This document shows, one piece after another, positions 40,601-52,432 of a stretch of DNA of 64,000 bases. The position numbers and the translations under genes are program-made. The stretch is taken from the NCBI RefSeq assembly GCF_009914755.1, contig NC_060946.1; one strand, written 5' to 3'. Position 1 is the first letter of the stretch, and each line of letters starts with the position of its first letter. The DNA comes from the human T2T-CHM13v2.0 reference genome, Homo sapiens. The notes under the pieces were generated by a model. That model was not told the origin of the DNA, did not search any database, and worked only from the letters and a program-made list of their open reading frames with translations.

Positions 40601-41958
40601 TGACACACGTTTGAACTTTTGTTATAGTGTCCCAGGGCCCTGAAGCTCTGTTCATTTTTTTTCCAATCTATTTTCTCTCTGTTGTTCAGATATCTGTTAT
40701 TCTATCTTCAGGTTCACTGAATCTTTGCTCTGTCTCCTCCATTCTGATGTTGAGCCTAACCACATAGGTTTTATTTTTTTCTATTATTGTATTTCCCCGT
40801 TCCAAAACTTTCATTTGGTTTTTCTTTATCTCTTCTATTTCTTTCCTGAGACTTTCTATGTTTTCATTTGTTTCAAGTGTGTTCTTTATTGCTTGTTGAA
40901 GCATTTTTATTGCAACTTCTTTAAAATATTTGAGATAATCCTGACATCTCTGTCCTCTTAGCTTTGGCACCTATTAACCATCTTTTTTCATTCACTTTGA
41001 CAGCCTCTTAGTTCTTATGATGGGTGATTTTCTAGTGAAACATGAACATTTTTATATATTTTGAGATTCAATCTTATTTGAACCTTCTGTTTTTGCCATA
41101 TGTCTCTAACACCATTCCACTCTGGTCGGGGAAAGAAGGGTACCAGCTCATTACTGTTAAGTAGAGGTAGAAGTCCAGATTCCCCCCACACTGACACCCA
41201 AGGTAGGGGGAAGGGCTTCTCATTACCACTGGAGGGGGTGGGGTTAGCTCTCCATCTGATCGTCATTGGCACTGCAATGAGTAGGTGGTCTCATTAACTA
41301 TGGGCAATAATGAAAGTCCTGACTCTCTACAAGGCCTCCTCTGATCACTCCAATAGGGAGAGAGAGAGGACTGCTGCCTGGCAGAGTGAAGTCCAGACTC
41401 TGCCCATGGTCTTCTCTGATGCCACAAGGTAGGGGCTAGTCCCTAGCCAGTGGGGATAAAATCCTCAGATCCTTACTCACCCTTCTGAGACACCACCCCA
41501 GCAAGGGATTTGGAGAGCGTCATTATAACCTCATTAGTGTGGAAGTAGAGGCCAGTCCCCACACGGCCTCTGCTGGCCTGGGTGGGGATTGGGCTGTATT
41601 TTTTCCTACAGAGTTTGAGTGGAATAGAGCAGTTATTAATCAAAAGGTTTCTGTCTTGCTAGGATGCCACTTTTCTGGCCCTTTGGCTAAATAAAGCAGG
41701 CTTTAGGGGGACAAAATGGTCCATTTCCAGGTTGCCAGCTTCTTCAACCCCAATTTGGGAAATGTAAGGGAAAAAAAAAAACAGGGAACTCACCATGCCA
41801 TTCCTTGGATCCCAAGTTCCCTAGCTAGTCTATGTCTTCTCTCCACCTCTTAGAGTCTTCCTGTGTTTATTTCCTAACCGATGTCCATGGTTTTTAGTTG
41901 CACTTAGTGGAGAACTCTGGGAAAGTACATCTACTCTATCTTCCCAGACGGAGACGTC
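37620..41958 (-). mobile_element. L1MC-like LINE, about 4.3 kb, retaining 5' UTR, ORF1 and ORF2 remnants and 3' UTR with internal deletions
   Basis: Minus ORF 40686-40970 is ORF1 coiled-coil-like (ENIESLRKEIEEIKKNQMKVLE...RMEETEQRFSEPEDR). Minus ORF 39417-39659 is ORF2-like (LEILTNAIRQEK). L1MC-type 3' UTR at 37650-38200. Confidence 0.85.
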
Positions 41959-43622
41959 TAGATTATGCTTTTCACATCTTTGCACCTTTGCGTATGCTGT
42001 TCCTTCTGTCAAGAATAATCCCTCCCCTCTACCAAGAAGCTGTTGCCAGCCCCACAGACTGGTTAGGTGACCCACAGCATCCGCTGTGCCTGGACCACAG
42101 TAGTGATCAGACAGGGGTATCTTCTTTTTGCCTGTCTCACGCTCTAAACCATCAGCTTCTTGAAAGAAGGATGAAGTCCTGGTTGACTTTGCCTCCAGCT
42201 CACAGCACAGTGTCTGATGCATGGTAGACACTTGATGAATGTTTGCTGAATGAATGAATGACATTCACCGCAGGATTCCCTTCTGCCCTCGGGCAGTGCA
42301 CAGCATATAAATGAGGAAAACTGCACTGTATGCCAACTCTTCCTAGACTTTCTTGGTGACCTTGGAAAAATAACCTGAACTGACATCAGTTTCTTCCATG
42401 TTGACTAATGAGCAAGAAAATGGGAAAAACGATTATTACCAAAACTAAATATTTTCAGCAATTAGTATGTGCCAGGCACTGTGCAAATTGCTTTATCTTC
42501 ATTATCTTATTTAATTCTAAAAATACCCCCAATGCGATGAGTTCTGTTATCTCCATGGCACAAATAAACAGACCAAGGTTCCATGAGGTTGTATAAATTA
42601 CTCATGGTTGCAGAGTCGATGTAAGGTAAATGTAGGGCAAAAGTCAAACCCAGATATCTCTGCCTCCAACACCCCATGTCAGGTGGAATTCCACAAGACA
42701 TTCCTCCTGGGCCTAACTTGGATCAGTTCACAAAAATTATGGGACATCCACCATACTCTGGGAGTTGAAGATTTTTTTGAATCCCAAAATATATAAAGGT
42801 TACAATCAAAATCAGATAAAGATTTTAGAGGAACTTAAAGCATTAAAGGCGGGAATGGGAAGGAGAATAACATGTATTAGACGTTCTTGGGCAGCCAGGG
42901 ACTGTGGGCACCGCCTCACATATAACATCCCCCCGAGTCCTCTCAATGGTCCTAGAGGGTTGCTACTGTCAATTGCACTCAAGGTCAAAGGACAGTAAAC
43001 ATTGAAGCCATGCCTAGAACCAGGACCATCTGTCTCCAAGGTTCTCACTCTTTCCAATATATACATTCCCATATAAGGCCTTAGTTCAAGAAATGAAGAA
43101 ACCAGTGTTGGGAGCGGGGGGCCTCATCTCACCAGTCCCTATAGGGTTTGAGCCCACTGAGTGTGATGAGTTGAATGTCCAGGCTCTGGAAGTCCTCGGC
43201 TTGTGTCCCAACTCTGCCACCACTGCCCAGCTATGCAAGCTTGAGCCATAAACCCCAATGTCTCCATCTGTAAAACGGCATTGACAAGAGTACTGTATAC
43301 CTACAGCCCAAGGAATGAGATGCTTTAGGCAACTTATCATAGCACTGGTACATGGCAAACGTTCAATTGCTGGTACTGAGAATCACTGTGCTAAGCTCCA
43401 GCATGTCCAATCCTATGCCACATGCTGAGATTAGAAGATGTGGCACATGGCCTTTAGGAAATGTGGCATCTGGCTGGGGAAATGGACAATTAAATAGTTA
43501 AACCTCAAGGGAAGAGCCCAAAGATGTGGCAAAAGTAATTGCTTTGAAGAGTCTGAAAAGGTGTCATGAAAATGTGGTAGATTTCTAACCACTGAAAAAG
43601 TAAGAAGAAAGAACAACAGACA

Positions 43623-43935
43623 GGCCGGGTGCGGTGGCTCACACCTGTAATCCCAGCACTTTGGGAGGCCAAGGTGGGCAGATCACTTAAGGTCAGGAGT
43701 TTGAGCCCAGCCTGGCCAACATGCTGAAACCCTGTCTCTACTAAAAATACAAATAAATTAGCCAGGTGTGGTGGCACATGCCTGTAATCCCAGCTACTCA
43801 GGAGGCTGAAACAGGAGAATTGCTACTCAGGAGGCTGAGACAGGAGAATTGCTTGAACTTGGGAGGCAGAGGTTGCAGTGAGCCAAGATCACGCCACTGC
43901 ACCCCAGTTCAACCTGAGTGACAGAGTGAGACTTC
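43623..43935 (+). mobile_element. AluS with a 29-bp internal tandem duplication
   Basis: gctactcaggaggctga(a/g)acaggagaatt twice, at 43793-43821 and 43822-43850. Confidence 0.92.
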
Positions 43936-43938
43936 TTC

Positions 43939-44008
43939 GAAGGGAAGGGAAGGGAAGAGAAGGGGAGGGGAGGGGAGGGGAAGGGAGGGAAGGAAGAGAC
44001 AGAGAGAA
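43939..44008. repeat. (GGGAA/GGGGA)n polypurine tract
   Basis: gaagggaagggaagggaagagaaggggaggggaggggaggggaagggagggaagg. Confidence 0.9.
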
Positions 44009-45208
44009 GTGGAGGGCTGGCTTTTCAGGACAGGAACAGCACGAACAAAAACCCCAGAGACAGGAAGAGAAGGCTGGTGGGAAGGGAGCAGTGGGCCTCA
44101 ACTGGAACACAGTCAGGGAGGATGGGGGTGTAAGAGCCCAAGAAACCTGATTCTCCATCCTGGGATCCTTCCTCGAGTTTTTCATAATGATGCAATCAAG
44201 CCCAGGACAAAGTTGTTTTCTTATCCAGCTTGTGATCTCTGAAATCGCATTAATGACCCTAAAGCAAAGTTCAGTTTCTACTTTCAAATGACCCTCAGGA
44301 CTGAGATGTTCATCCTTTTGGCAGCACTCATTGAGAACCTACTGTGTGCCAGGCACTGCCCTAGTGCTAAGAATTCACCAGCAAACATGACAGACACACC
44401 TGCTGTGATCTCCAAGCTTGCTTCCGCAGAGGGGAGTTGGAGAGTAAGCAACTTCTTGCAAGATTCTATTTATTCCTTAGCTGTCATTGTGCTGTGTGCA
44501 CAAAGGTTAGTATGCGATGAAGTGGTTGATATGTCCTGGGGCTCAGGGAAATAGGATGGGGTGTGAAACCTCTGGCATAACCAGGGCAGAAATAACAGCC
44601 AGGAACCCACTTACAGCCCAAGTTGCCGAATGCCTGGCAGACCAACATTTTTAAGGGGCAAAGAGAGGCCTATAAGACAGTCTTCATATGTCCATGGGCC
44701 ATCATATGTCATAGAAACCAGTGACAAAAGGCAGGGACTGGGATGACTGTACAGTTTACAAATTCAGGCTCCCTCGGCAATGACAGGGTGTTGGAGAGGA
44801 AAGCTCACTGCTCCAGAAGTCTCTGAGAGGGTCTGGGTTTCAGGGTGAGGTGGGCCATCACATTGAGCAAGTTCCAAGAGTTGGGATCTATCATAGACAG
44901 ATGTTTCTAGAGTATGTTCTGTTGAACTTAGAACCGCCTTGCAATATCCAAATAGGGGCTCAATTTAAAAACAAAACAAAACAAATTTCTTCAGATTTTT
45001 TTTTTGCAGGACTTCTCAGAGCCTTAAATGTGCTGATATGCATTGTGGCTTCCTGAGATGGACCAACACTTTCCAATCTTGTTTGACCTAGAACATTTTT
45101 TTCTAGGGATTCATATTAATATTTTTCCCTATGCAGATAGAAAATCACCCCTTTAGGGTTAACCTCCCTGGCTGGACAAGCCAATGAGCCCCGACAAACA
45201 GGCCTACA

Positions 45209-45636
45209 TTTTTTTTTTTGAGACAGAGTCTTGCTCTGTCACCTAGTCTAGAGTGCAGTGGCAAGACCTCAGCTCACTGCAACCTCTGCCTCCCAGGTTC
45301 AAGCGATTCTCCTGCCTCAGCCTCCCAAGCAGTTCAAATTACAGTCACCTGCCACCATGCCCAGAAAATTATTGTATTTTTAGTAGAGATGGGGTTTCAC
45401 CATGTTGGCCAGGCTGGTCTCAAACTCCTGACTGCAGGTGATCCACCCAACTCGGCCTCCCAAAGTGCTAGGATTATAGGCATCCACCACCACGCCTGGC
45501 TAATTTTTGTATTTTTAGTAGAGACAGGGTTTCGCCATATTGGTCAGGCTGGTCTCGAACTCCTGACCTCAGGTGATCCACCTACCTCGCCCTCCCAAAG
45601 TGCTAGGATTACAGGCATGAGCCACTGCGCCCGGCC
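45209..45636 (-). mobile_element. Trimeric Alu (duplicated left arm)
   Basis: One right arm followed by two left arms, both carrying gtgctaggatt. Confidence 0.88.
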
Positions 45637-46399
45637 CCTATTTTCAAACTGGAAGGTATGCTGAGTGTGAATAATACAGCTTCGCATCAGTAATGGATTT
45701 CCTCCATTCCATCCCTGGGAAGCAATCCCTGGGCCCCTGCTTGAACGCCTCCAGCCACAAGACATTCATGACTTGTTAAGGAAGCCCACTCCCACTGTTG
45801 AAGGTGAGATTCCATCTGGAGCCCTTCCTTGGGCTGAGCTGAAATTCACCTCCCTGATTCTTTCATCATCAATAACAGTAATGTTTATCCTACTATCATT
45901 TATTTAACATCTTTTATAGGCCAGGTTCTGTGCTGAGTATTTTTCATGTGTGATCTCAGTGAAACTCTTCAAGTACTCTGTGAGGTCAGAGTGTGCCTCT
46001 CCTACAGCTGAGGAACCGAAGGTTTGGAGAAGTTTCATTACTCTCCTAGCTCACCCAGCTAACAAGAAGCAGATAGATGACTCAAGTCTGACCCAAAGGC
46101 CAAGAACTTGGATGTACCTAACCACTCCACTCTCCTGCCCTTCCTCACAAAGCTCCTCCCTCTTGAGCCCTCTAGAATGAAAACACCCACATCTGTGGCC
46201 CGCCTCACACGCCAGGCTTCATTCTCATGGACTAACATATCTGAGTCTTACAGCAGTCTGTGAGGTGGGGTCGGTGATTATTCCCAGTCTGCAGGGGAGA
46301 CATTGACCAATGACCTGCCCCGAATCGCACAGATCCCAGGTGGCAGATCCTTGGTGCCCAAGCCATCTGGCTCCGGAGCCCACCGTTTAGCCACTGTTA

Positions 46400-46553
46400 T
46401 GAATGCATAATGCAGGAGGGAATCCCAGTTGTGTATTTTAGAGGAATTATTGAAAGTCCCATTGCTTCTCCATCAGGGTCGGAGCCTTCCCCCTGGTGCT
46501 ACTGAGCACCAGCCATCCCTATGGTGCCGCTGAGCACACCTTGGGTGGAGACG
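46400..46553 (+). repeat. Inverted repeat IR1, left arm (154 bp)
   Basis: Reverse complement of 47534-47687; 13 mismatches, no gaps, by manual alignment. Confidence 0.95.
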
Positions 46554-47533
46554 TGCCCCCTCACTGTGTCTACAGCCTTGTCCATGTGCCCACCCATGTT
46601 CTGGCTGAAGGGACTGTGTCCCCTGTGAGCCTCATCTTTCCCAGCTCCATGGCCCCTGGTCCTTCTGTGCTTCCTCCCAAGCCAGGGTCTCTAGGCCCTC
46701 TCTATCCTTGCCTCTCTCCTGTGGGCCCATCCCAGGATTCTGTGCAAATAGTCAGGCCATTTCTATGGCCCCAGGGAGGAAAAAAGTCAGGAACCCAGGA
46801 CTGAGGACAAGAACATGGACAGGAATCAAAGACGCTGTCCAGTGAGGACTTGCTAAGCCTGGACTCTTTGGGGGAATTATTTCATTTAACTCATATGGCA
46901 GCTGCTGACATCTGGAAGAAGCCCCAGGACATATCCGTTGAATGAATCAGGCAGCCCTCACTTTCCTCATTTTACAGATAGGGAAAGAGATGTCCTGAGG
47001 ATCTTAGAACAGGCTCAACATCACACAGCTATGACAAATTCAGGATTCAAAGCCAGCTCCTCCTGGCTCCCTCATTTTTGCTCTTTCTTCCACCCCCATA
47101 TTACAATGCTTGGTCCACATTTGGAGTCCAAAGAAATGGATCCTCACTCCAGCTGTGTCTTGGACTCCTTTGTTGACCTTGAGCCAGGCTCTCTGGAAAA
47201 GGCATCCAGAAGCTCTCCAAGGAACCTTTAGGAAGAGGAACTTCCTGGGTTTGGTGACCATGAAAGGAGGAAAGAGAGAATCCACCAGCTGGAGCTCCAC
47301 GTGCACGCAGCCAGCCCTCGATGTGCAACATCTTTGACAACAGGAAGACACATGCTCTCAAGTGGCTCACTCAAGCGTCTTTAAAGAGTTCCGTAAAACT
47401 CTGCATTTCAGTGCACGACCAGTAAGTGTATAAAGCGAATGTGGTGTGCTGGGCATACAGAACAAATGGAAGAATCTCAGGCAGAGAGCCCCACGTGAGG
47501 AATCAGAGACAGGCTGGGGTCCAGATCTCTGCC

Positions 47534-47687
47534 CGCCTCCACCCAAGATGTGCTCAGCGGAACCACAGGGATGGCTGGTGCTCAGTGGCACCACGGGGAA
47601 GGCTCTGAGCCTGATGGAGAAGCCATGGGACTTTCAACAATTCCTCTAAAATACACAACTGGGATTCCCTCCTGTGTTATCCATTCA
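47534..47687 (-). repeat. Inverted repeat IR1, right arm (154 bp)
   Basis: Partner of 46400-46553. Confidence 0.95.
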
Positions 47688-47997
47688 GCACTTACCGACA
47701 AGTACATGCCTAGGAGAGTTGCTATGAGAATTGAGGAAACACAAAGGGGATTGGAAGACGCTTCAACGGCAGAGCATTTCATGCATGGGAGGGAGAGCTG
47801 TGGGGGCCCGCGGAACATTCCCACCACCATTGCCTCTCCTCTCTGGTGTGACCCTGGGAGAGGACAGTACAAATTAGCCAGGCTGTAACCTGATGCTAGA
47901 AGCTATCTAGGTGTTCTGTGGCTTCAGGTCACTGTCTGCCACACAATGAGGCAGTGAGCAGGCAGCTGCCCCTCGGCTTCTAGAAAAGGAAGGTGGT

Positions 47998-48572
<575 letters not shown>

Positions 48573-50432
48573 ATAATCCCAAAATATTGCTGGCCTCCGA
48601 TGGTGTTAAAGAGGATTTGAATACAAAGTTGCTGTGACTGGCCATTTTTCTCACCACCCCACAAAATCTGCCTTGCCATTGACACTCAATTCTATCCTTG
48701 AAAGCCTGAGAAATCCCAGTTAGAAGATGCAACAGCCCCTTCCTTCTTCAGACCAAGCTCCCAGCTGGGTGACGTTGGGAAAGTCCTCCCACCTCTCTAG
48801 GCCTCATTCTCCCCTCAGTAAATGCACTTATTGAAGGCCTCCCCTAGGACCAGGCGCAGTGACCAGGTACAGCAGGGTGTCCAGGGAACAGCCCCAGAAC
48901 ATTGGCAACAAAATCTGCCTTCCATGGAGGTAGAAATTGGGACTCAGAGAGGTTAAGCAACTTGCCTGAGATCACAGAGCTAAGAAGTGTTCATACAGGA
49001 ACTAGAACCTAATGCTTTGGGCTCCAGAGGCCAGAGCTCCCACCTCTGCCCCTCTCAGGCTAGGATGACTCCGAAGCCCCATCGGGTCCATGTCTCTGAG
49101 TGCTGGGAAGGTGCAAAGTCCAGCAGGAGAGAGCATGAGGATGACAGAGGAAGACCAGGGAGCCGCCTCTGTTATCCACCAACTGTGTGCCAGGATATAA
49201 GCTCAGTTATGGGAGGTGTTATCCTCCCCCAGGAACAGGTGTGGAAACAGGCTCAGAGAGGTAGAGGGCCTTGCCCAAGGCCACAGAGCCAGTGGTGAGT
49301 CAGGACATGAACCCAGGCCGAGGAACCCCACATGGCCAAGCTTAGCTGACTTCCCTGGCCACACTCCGCCCCTCCGTTTATGTTCCCAGAATGAGACAGG
49401 AGCCCGGGAAAACCTCCTCCCCAGGTGGCATAGAAGTGAGAGCCCAAAAAGGTGCACCCTACCCCCAGTGCCCTCACTTGGGGACACCACTCAAGCCTAC
49501 AGGTGTCCATCAGTCCAAGCTGAGAACCATCAACAATGGCCCCCTTCACTCAGACCCTGAGAAGCCCCAGGACTGGGGTGCAGCCGGGTTCAGCACCAGG
49601 AGGATTATCAGCCACCCAGGAAATGCCTGGAGGTCTTGAACTTCTGAACTCCTCGCTCACCTCCACCTGAACCCAGCAAAATGGCCTCTTTCCTGTTATT
49701 ACTTTATAGCCTTGACTGTAAATTCTTCCCTGATCCCACTTTATGGCTGCAGGATAAAAACATGTGCCCCAGGCATAGCTTTCGAGGAGAGCGCCTGGTT
49801 TATAAAGTGGTGCTGTCATAGCACAGAGAAGGGGTGCAGCTCAGCCGGCCAAGGGAGTGCAGCCCGGGGCTCACTGCTGGCGCACGGGAAGGGCAGGCTG
49901 ACCAGACCCTGCCAGGGCACCAAGCCAGGCACACTGCAGGGCCCTGGAAGCCAGGCAGCAGTTCCCACCCTTACCAGGGATGGCAGCGTGACTTTCTTCA
50001 CTGCATCTTCGGGGTAACCCTGAGAAACAGGCCAGGTTTTATGGCTACCTTCATATTACAAGTGAGGAGGCTGACGCTGGGAGAGGTGGCGTGTACAGGG
50101 CCACACAGCCAGGACGAGAACTCAGACCCAGAGCTCCTTCACCACCTGCTCTCTCAGAATAAACCCTCAATTGTCTACAAGACAGCTCATCTCAACAGAA
50201 TTGCTTCAGCCTCATTGAATCCTCAGCCGTCCTGGGAGCATGAGTATTACCCTCCCCTCTTACTACACAGGTGTTTCTGAAGCATCCTCTGCCTGCCCTC
50301 AGCACCCCACTCCTGGCGCTGCTGCCCTCATACCTGTGGACTGACAAGGAGGAGAAGCGGGGCCCCTGCAACGCTGTCCTTTCTTCTTCCCTCTCTCTTA
50401 GGAGCCAGATGCTTAGATAGAGGACCTGAACC

Positions 50433-50642
50433 CTTAGCCCTCTATAGGGATCCCTGTCCATAGATTGATTCAGGGAAGGGCGGGGGGCTGTGCCCACCCA
50501 GCTGGTACCCCGGGTGGGCTGTCAGACCCTGATCTCCAGATTTAAGCTCCATTCTCCATGCCAGTACCCCGGGTGGGCTGTCAGACCCTGGCCTCCAGAT
50601 TTAAGCCCCATTCGCCATGCCAGGCACTATCGATAATGAAGG
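50433..50642 (+). repeat. Inverted repeat IR2, left arm (includes a 59-bp tandem duplication at 50505-50622)
   Basis: Reverse complement of 51492-51642 once one 59-bp unit is removed; about 17 mismatches in 151 bp. Confidence 0.93.
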
Positions 50643-51491
50643 TGCTATTTGGGCTGCCTTTCTCCATCATCTTACTTCCAGATGCAGGCCAAAGCTGAAA
50701 GGTGGCAAGTGCTAGTGTGTCTGGGAGATGGTCAGATCCAATGGAAGCGAAGCCCTCTCTCTCACCACAACGACAGTCCCTCTCAGTACTCCTTCTGCTG
50801 TAACTTCCACAATTCCTTGGTCCTGCGGTGTTTGGAGGCCCCGACTTGTGATATAATCAAGGCTGGCCAGAAGAAAGTGGCCCACGGGAGGACAAGGCCA
50901 TAAGAGCGGGGACCAGGGAGAAACCAGAGCTGCCCAGGAAAGGGACGGCAAGGCTCACATTCAAGGCCGTGGCTGCAGAGCTAAGTGGTACGAGAAAAAG
51001 CCCCACACCAGAGCCAGGAGATCCGCTTCTAGGCCCCACCCATGCTCCACACGCCCTTCAAATGCCACCTCAGCTTCCTGGGCCTCAGGTTCCTGACTCA
51101 CCTGTGAAATGGGCAAAGCCAGGGCATGGAACCAGAAGATCTCAGGAGATTGTTCTAGAACGAGGATTCTGCACCTTTTCCTTCAGCTGTGACTCTCAGC
51201 CCAGGCCACACACTAGAACCTCATGGGGAAGCTTTTACAAACATCAATGCCCAGGTCTTCTGACTACTGTGCTATAAAGATACGCAACCTCAAACTGGGA
51301 TACGTTGACTTTAAAGCCAAGAACAGAAGCTGGAAGGACCGTGAAGAGGTGATACTAGGAGATGTCCAAGCGTAAGAAACAAAGATGAAATAAATATCAG
51401 CGTAGTAGGTGAGAGTTGGGTTTTGGAGTCAGACTTGAGTACCACGTCTTGCTTCCTTACTCACCAAGAAACGCCACTCAGGAAAGCTATG

Positions 51492-51642
51492 CCTTCATTA
51501 CCAGTAGCACCTGGCATGGAGAATGAGGCTTAAATCTGGAGGCCAGGGTCTGACAGCCCACCCGGGGTACTGGCTGGGTGGGCACGGCCCCTTGTCCTTC
51601 CCTGAATCCATCCATGGACAGGGATCCCTATGGAGGGCCAAG
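51492..51642 (-). repeat. Inverted repeat IR2, right arm (151 bp)
   Basis: Partner of 50433-50642. Confidence 0.93.
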
Positions 51643-51643
51643 A

Positions 51644-51787
51644 GCCTTCAGTGTCAGATGGCCTGAGCTCAATAGTGAATCTGCCCCATGAGTTGGCCTG
51701 GGTACTTGACTCGCTTTTTAGTCCTGCCTGCTTTGCAGCATTGAGAAAAGGGACATGAAAGCACTTTGTAGACATGGAATACTTTGC
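51644..51787 (+). repeat. Direct repeat DR, copy 1 (144 bp)
   Basis: Gapless match to 52289-52432, about 24 mismatches. Confidence 0.93.
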
Positions 51788-52288
51788 TGCGCACCTCCTG
51801 GTTTTGAATGTTTTATCTATAAAATGGGCACGATAACACCTTTTGCCTATGACTGTCCTAGGGATTACATAAAAGGGCCGTGTGCATGGCATACAGCACC
51901 CATTCAGAAATATGAGCTTTATCATTAATAATGCACTGTGCATGCCCCATTTCCAGGGCAGGTGGGCACGCATCACTGTTAAGCAGGTGGGCTCTGGAGC
52001 TGTCATACCGGAATCAAGCTCTGCTTCACTCACCTGCTAGCTGTGTATCCTTGGGTCAGCCAGCTCTCTCCTCTGCACTATGGCGAAGTTGATGATAATG
52101 TTAGCTTTGTGGCAGAGTTAAATTAAGGAGTAAGTAAAAATATCTAACACAATATGAAGCTATTGTAGGTTTTCAGTACGTGCTTCCTTTCCGTCTCCTT
52201 TTTCTCCAGCAGTGGTCCCAGGATGCCAGCTATGTTGGTGACAAGGATCCTCCAGTCCAGGAAGCACCTGGGGTTCCCCCTAGCCCTG

Positions 52289-52432
52289 GCCTTCAGTGTC
52301 AGGTAGCCTAAGCTCAGCAGTGAATCTGTCCCATGCCTGGGCCTGGACACTTGACTTATTTTCCAGTCCTGCTTGCTGAGGAGCATTGAGAAAAGGGATA
52401 CAAAAACACTTTGTAGACATGGAATACTTTGC
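52289..52432 (+). repeat. Direct repeat DR, copy 2 (144 bp)
   Basis: Partner of 51644-51787; the last 26 bp are identical. Confidence 0.93.

Noticed and set aside
40686-40970. Coiled-coil ORF as a novel protein
   Set aside because: It is a remnant of L1 ORF1p within a decayed L1.
45218-45664. 148-aa ORF and similar '[12 protein letters not shown]'/'[10 protein letters not shown]' ORFs
   Set aside because: These are antisense Alu translations, not genes.
46400-47687. IR1 as a pre-miRNA or as DNA-transposon TIRs
   Set aside because: The 980-bp spacer is far too long for a pre-miRNA; there is no TSD, no recognisable transposon terminus and no transposase remnant.
50505-50622. CRISPR-like array
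   Set aside because: Only two abutting units with no spacers, in mammalian DNA.
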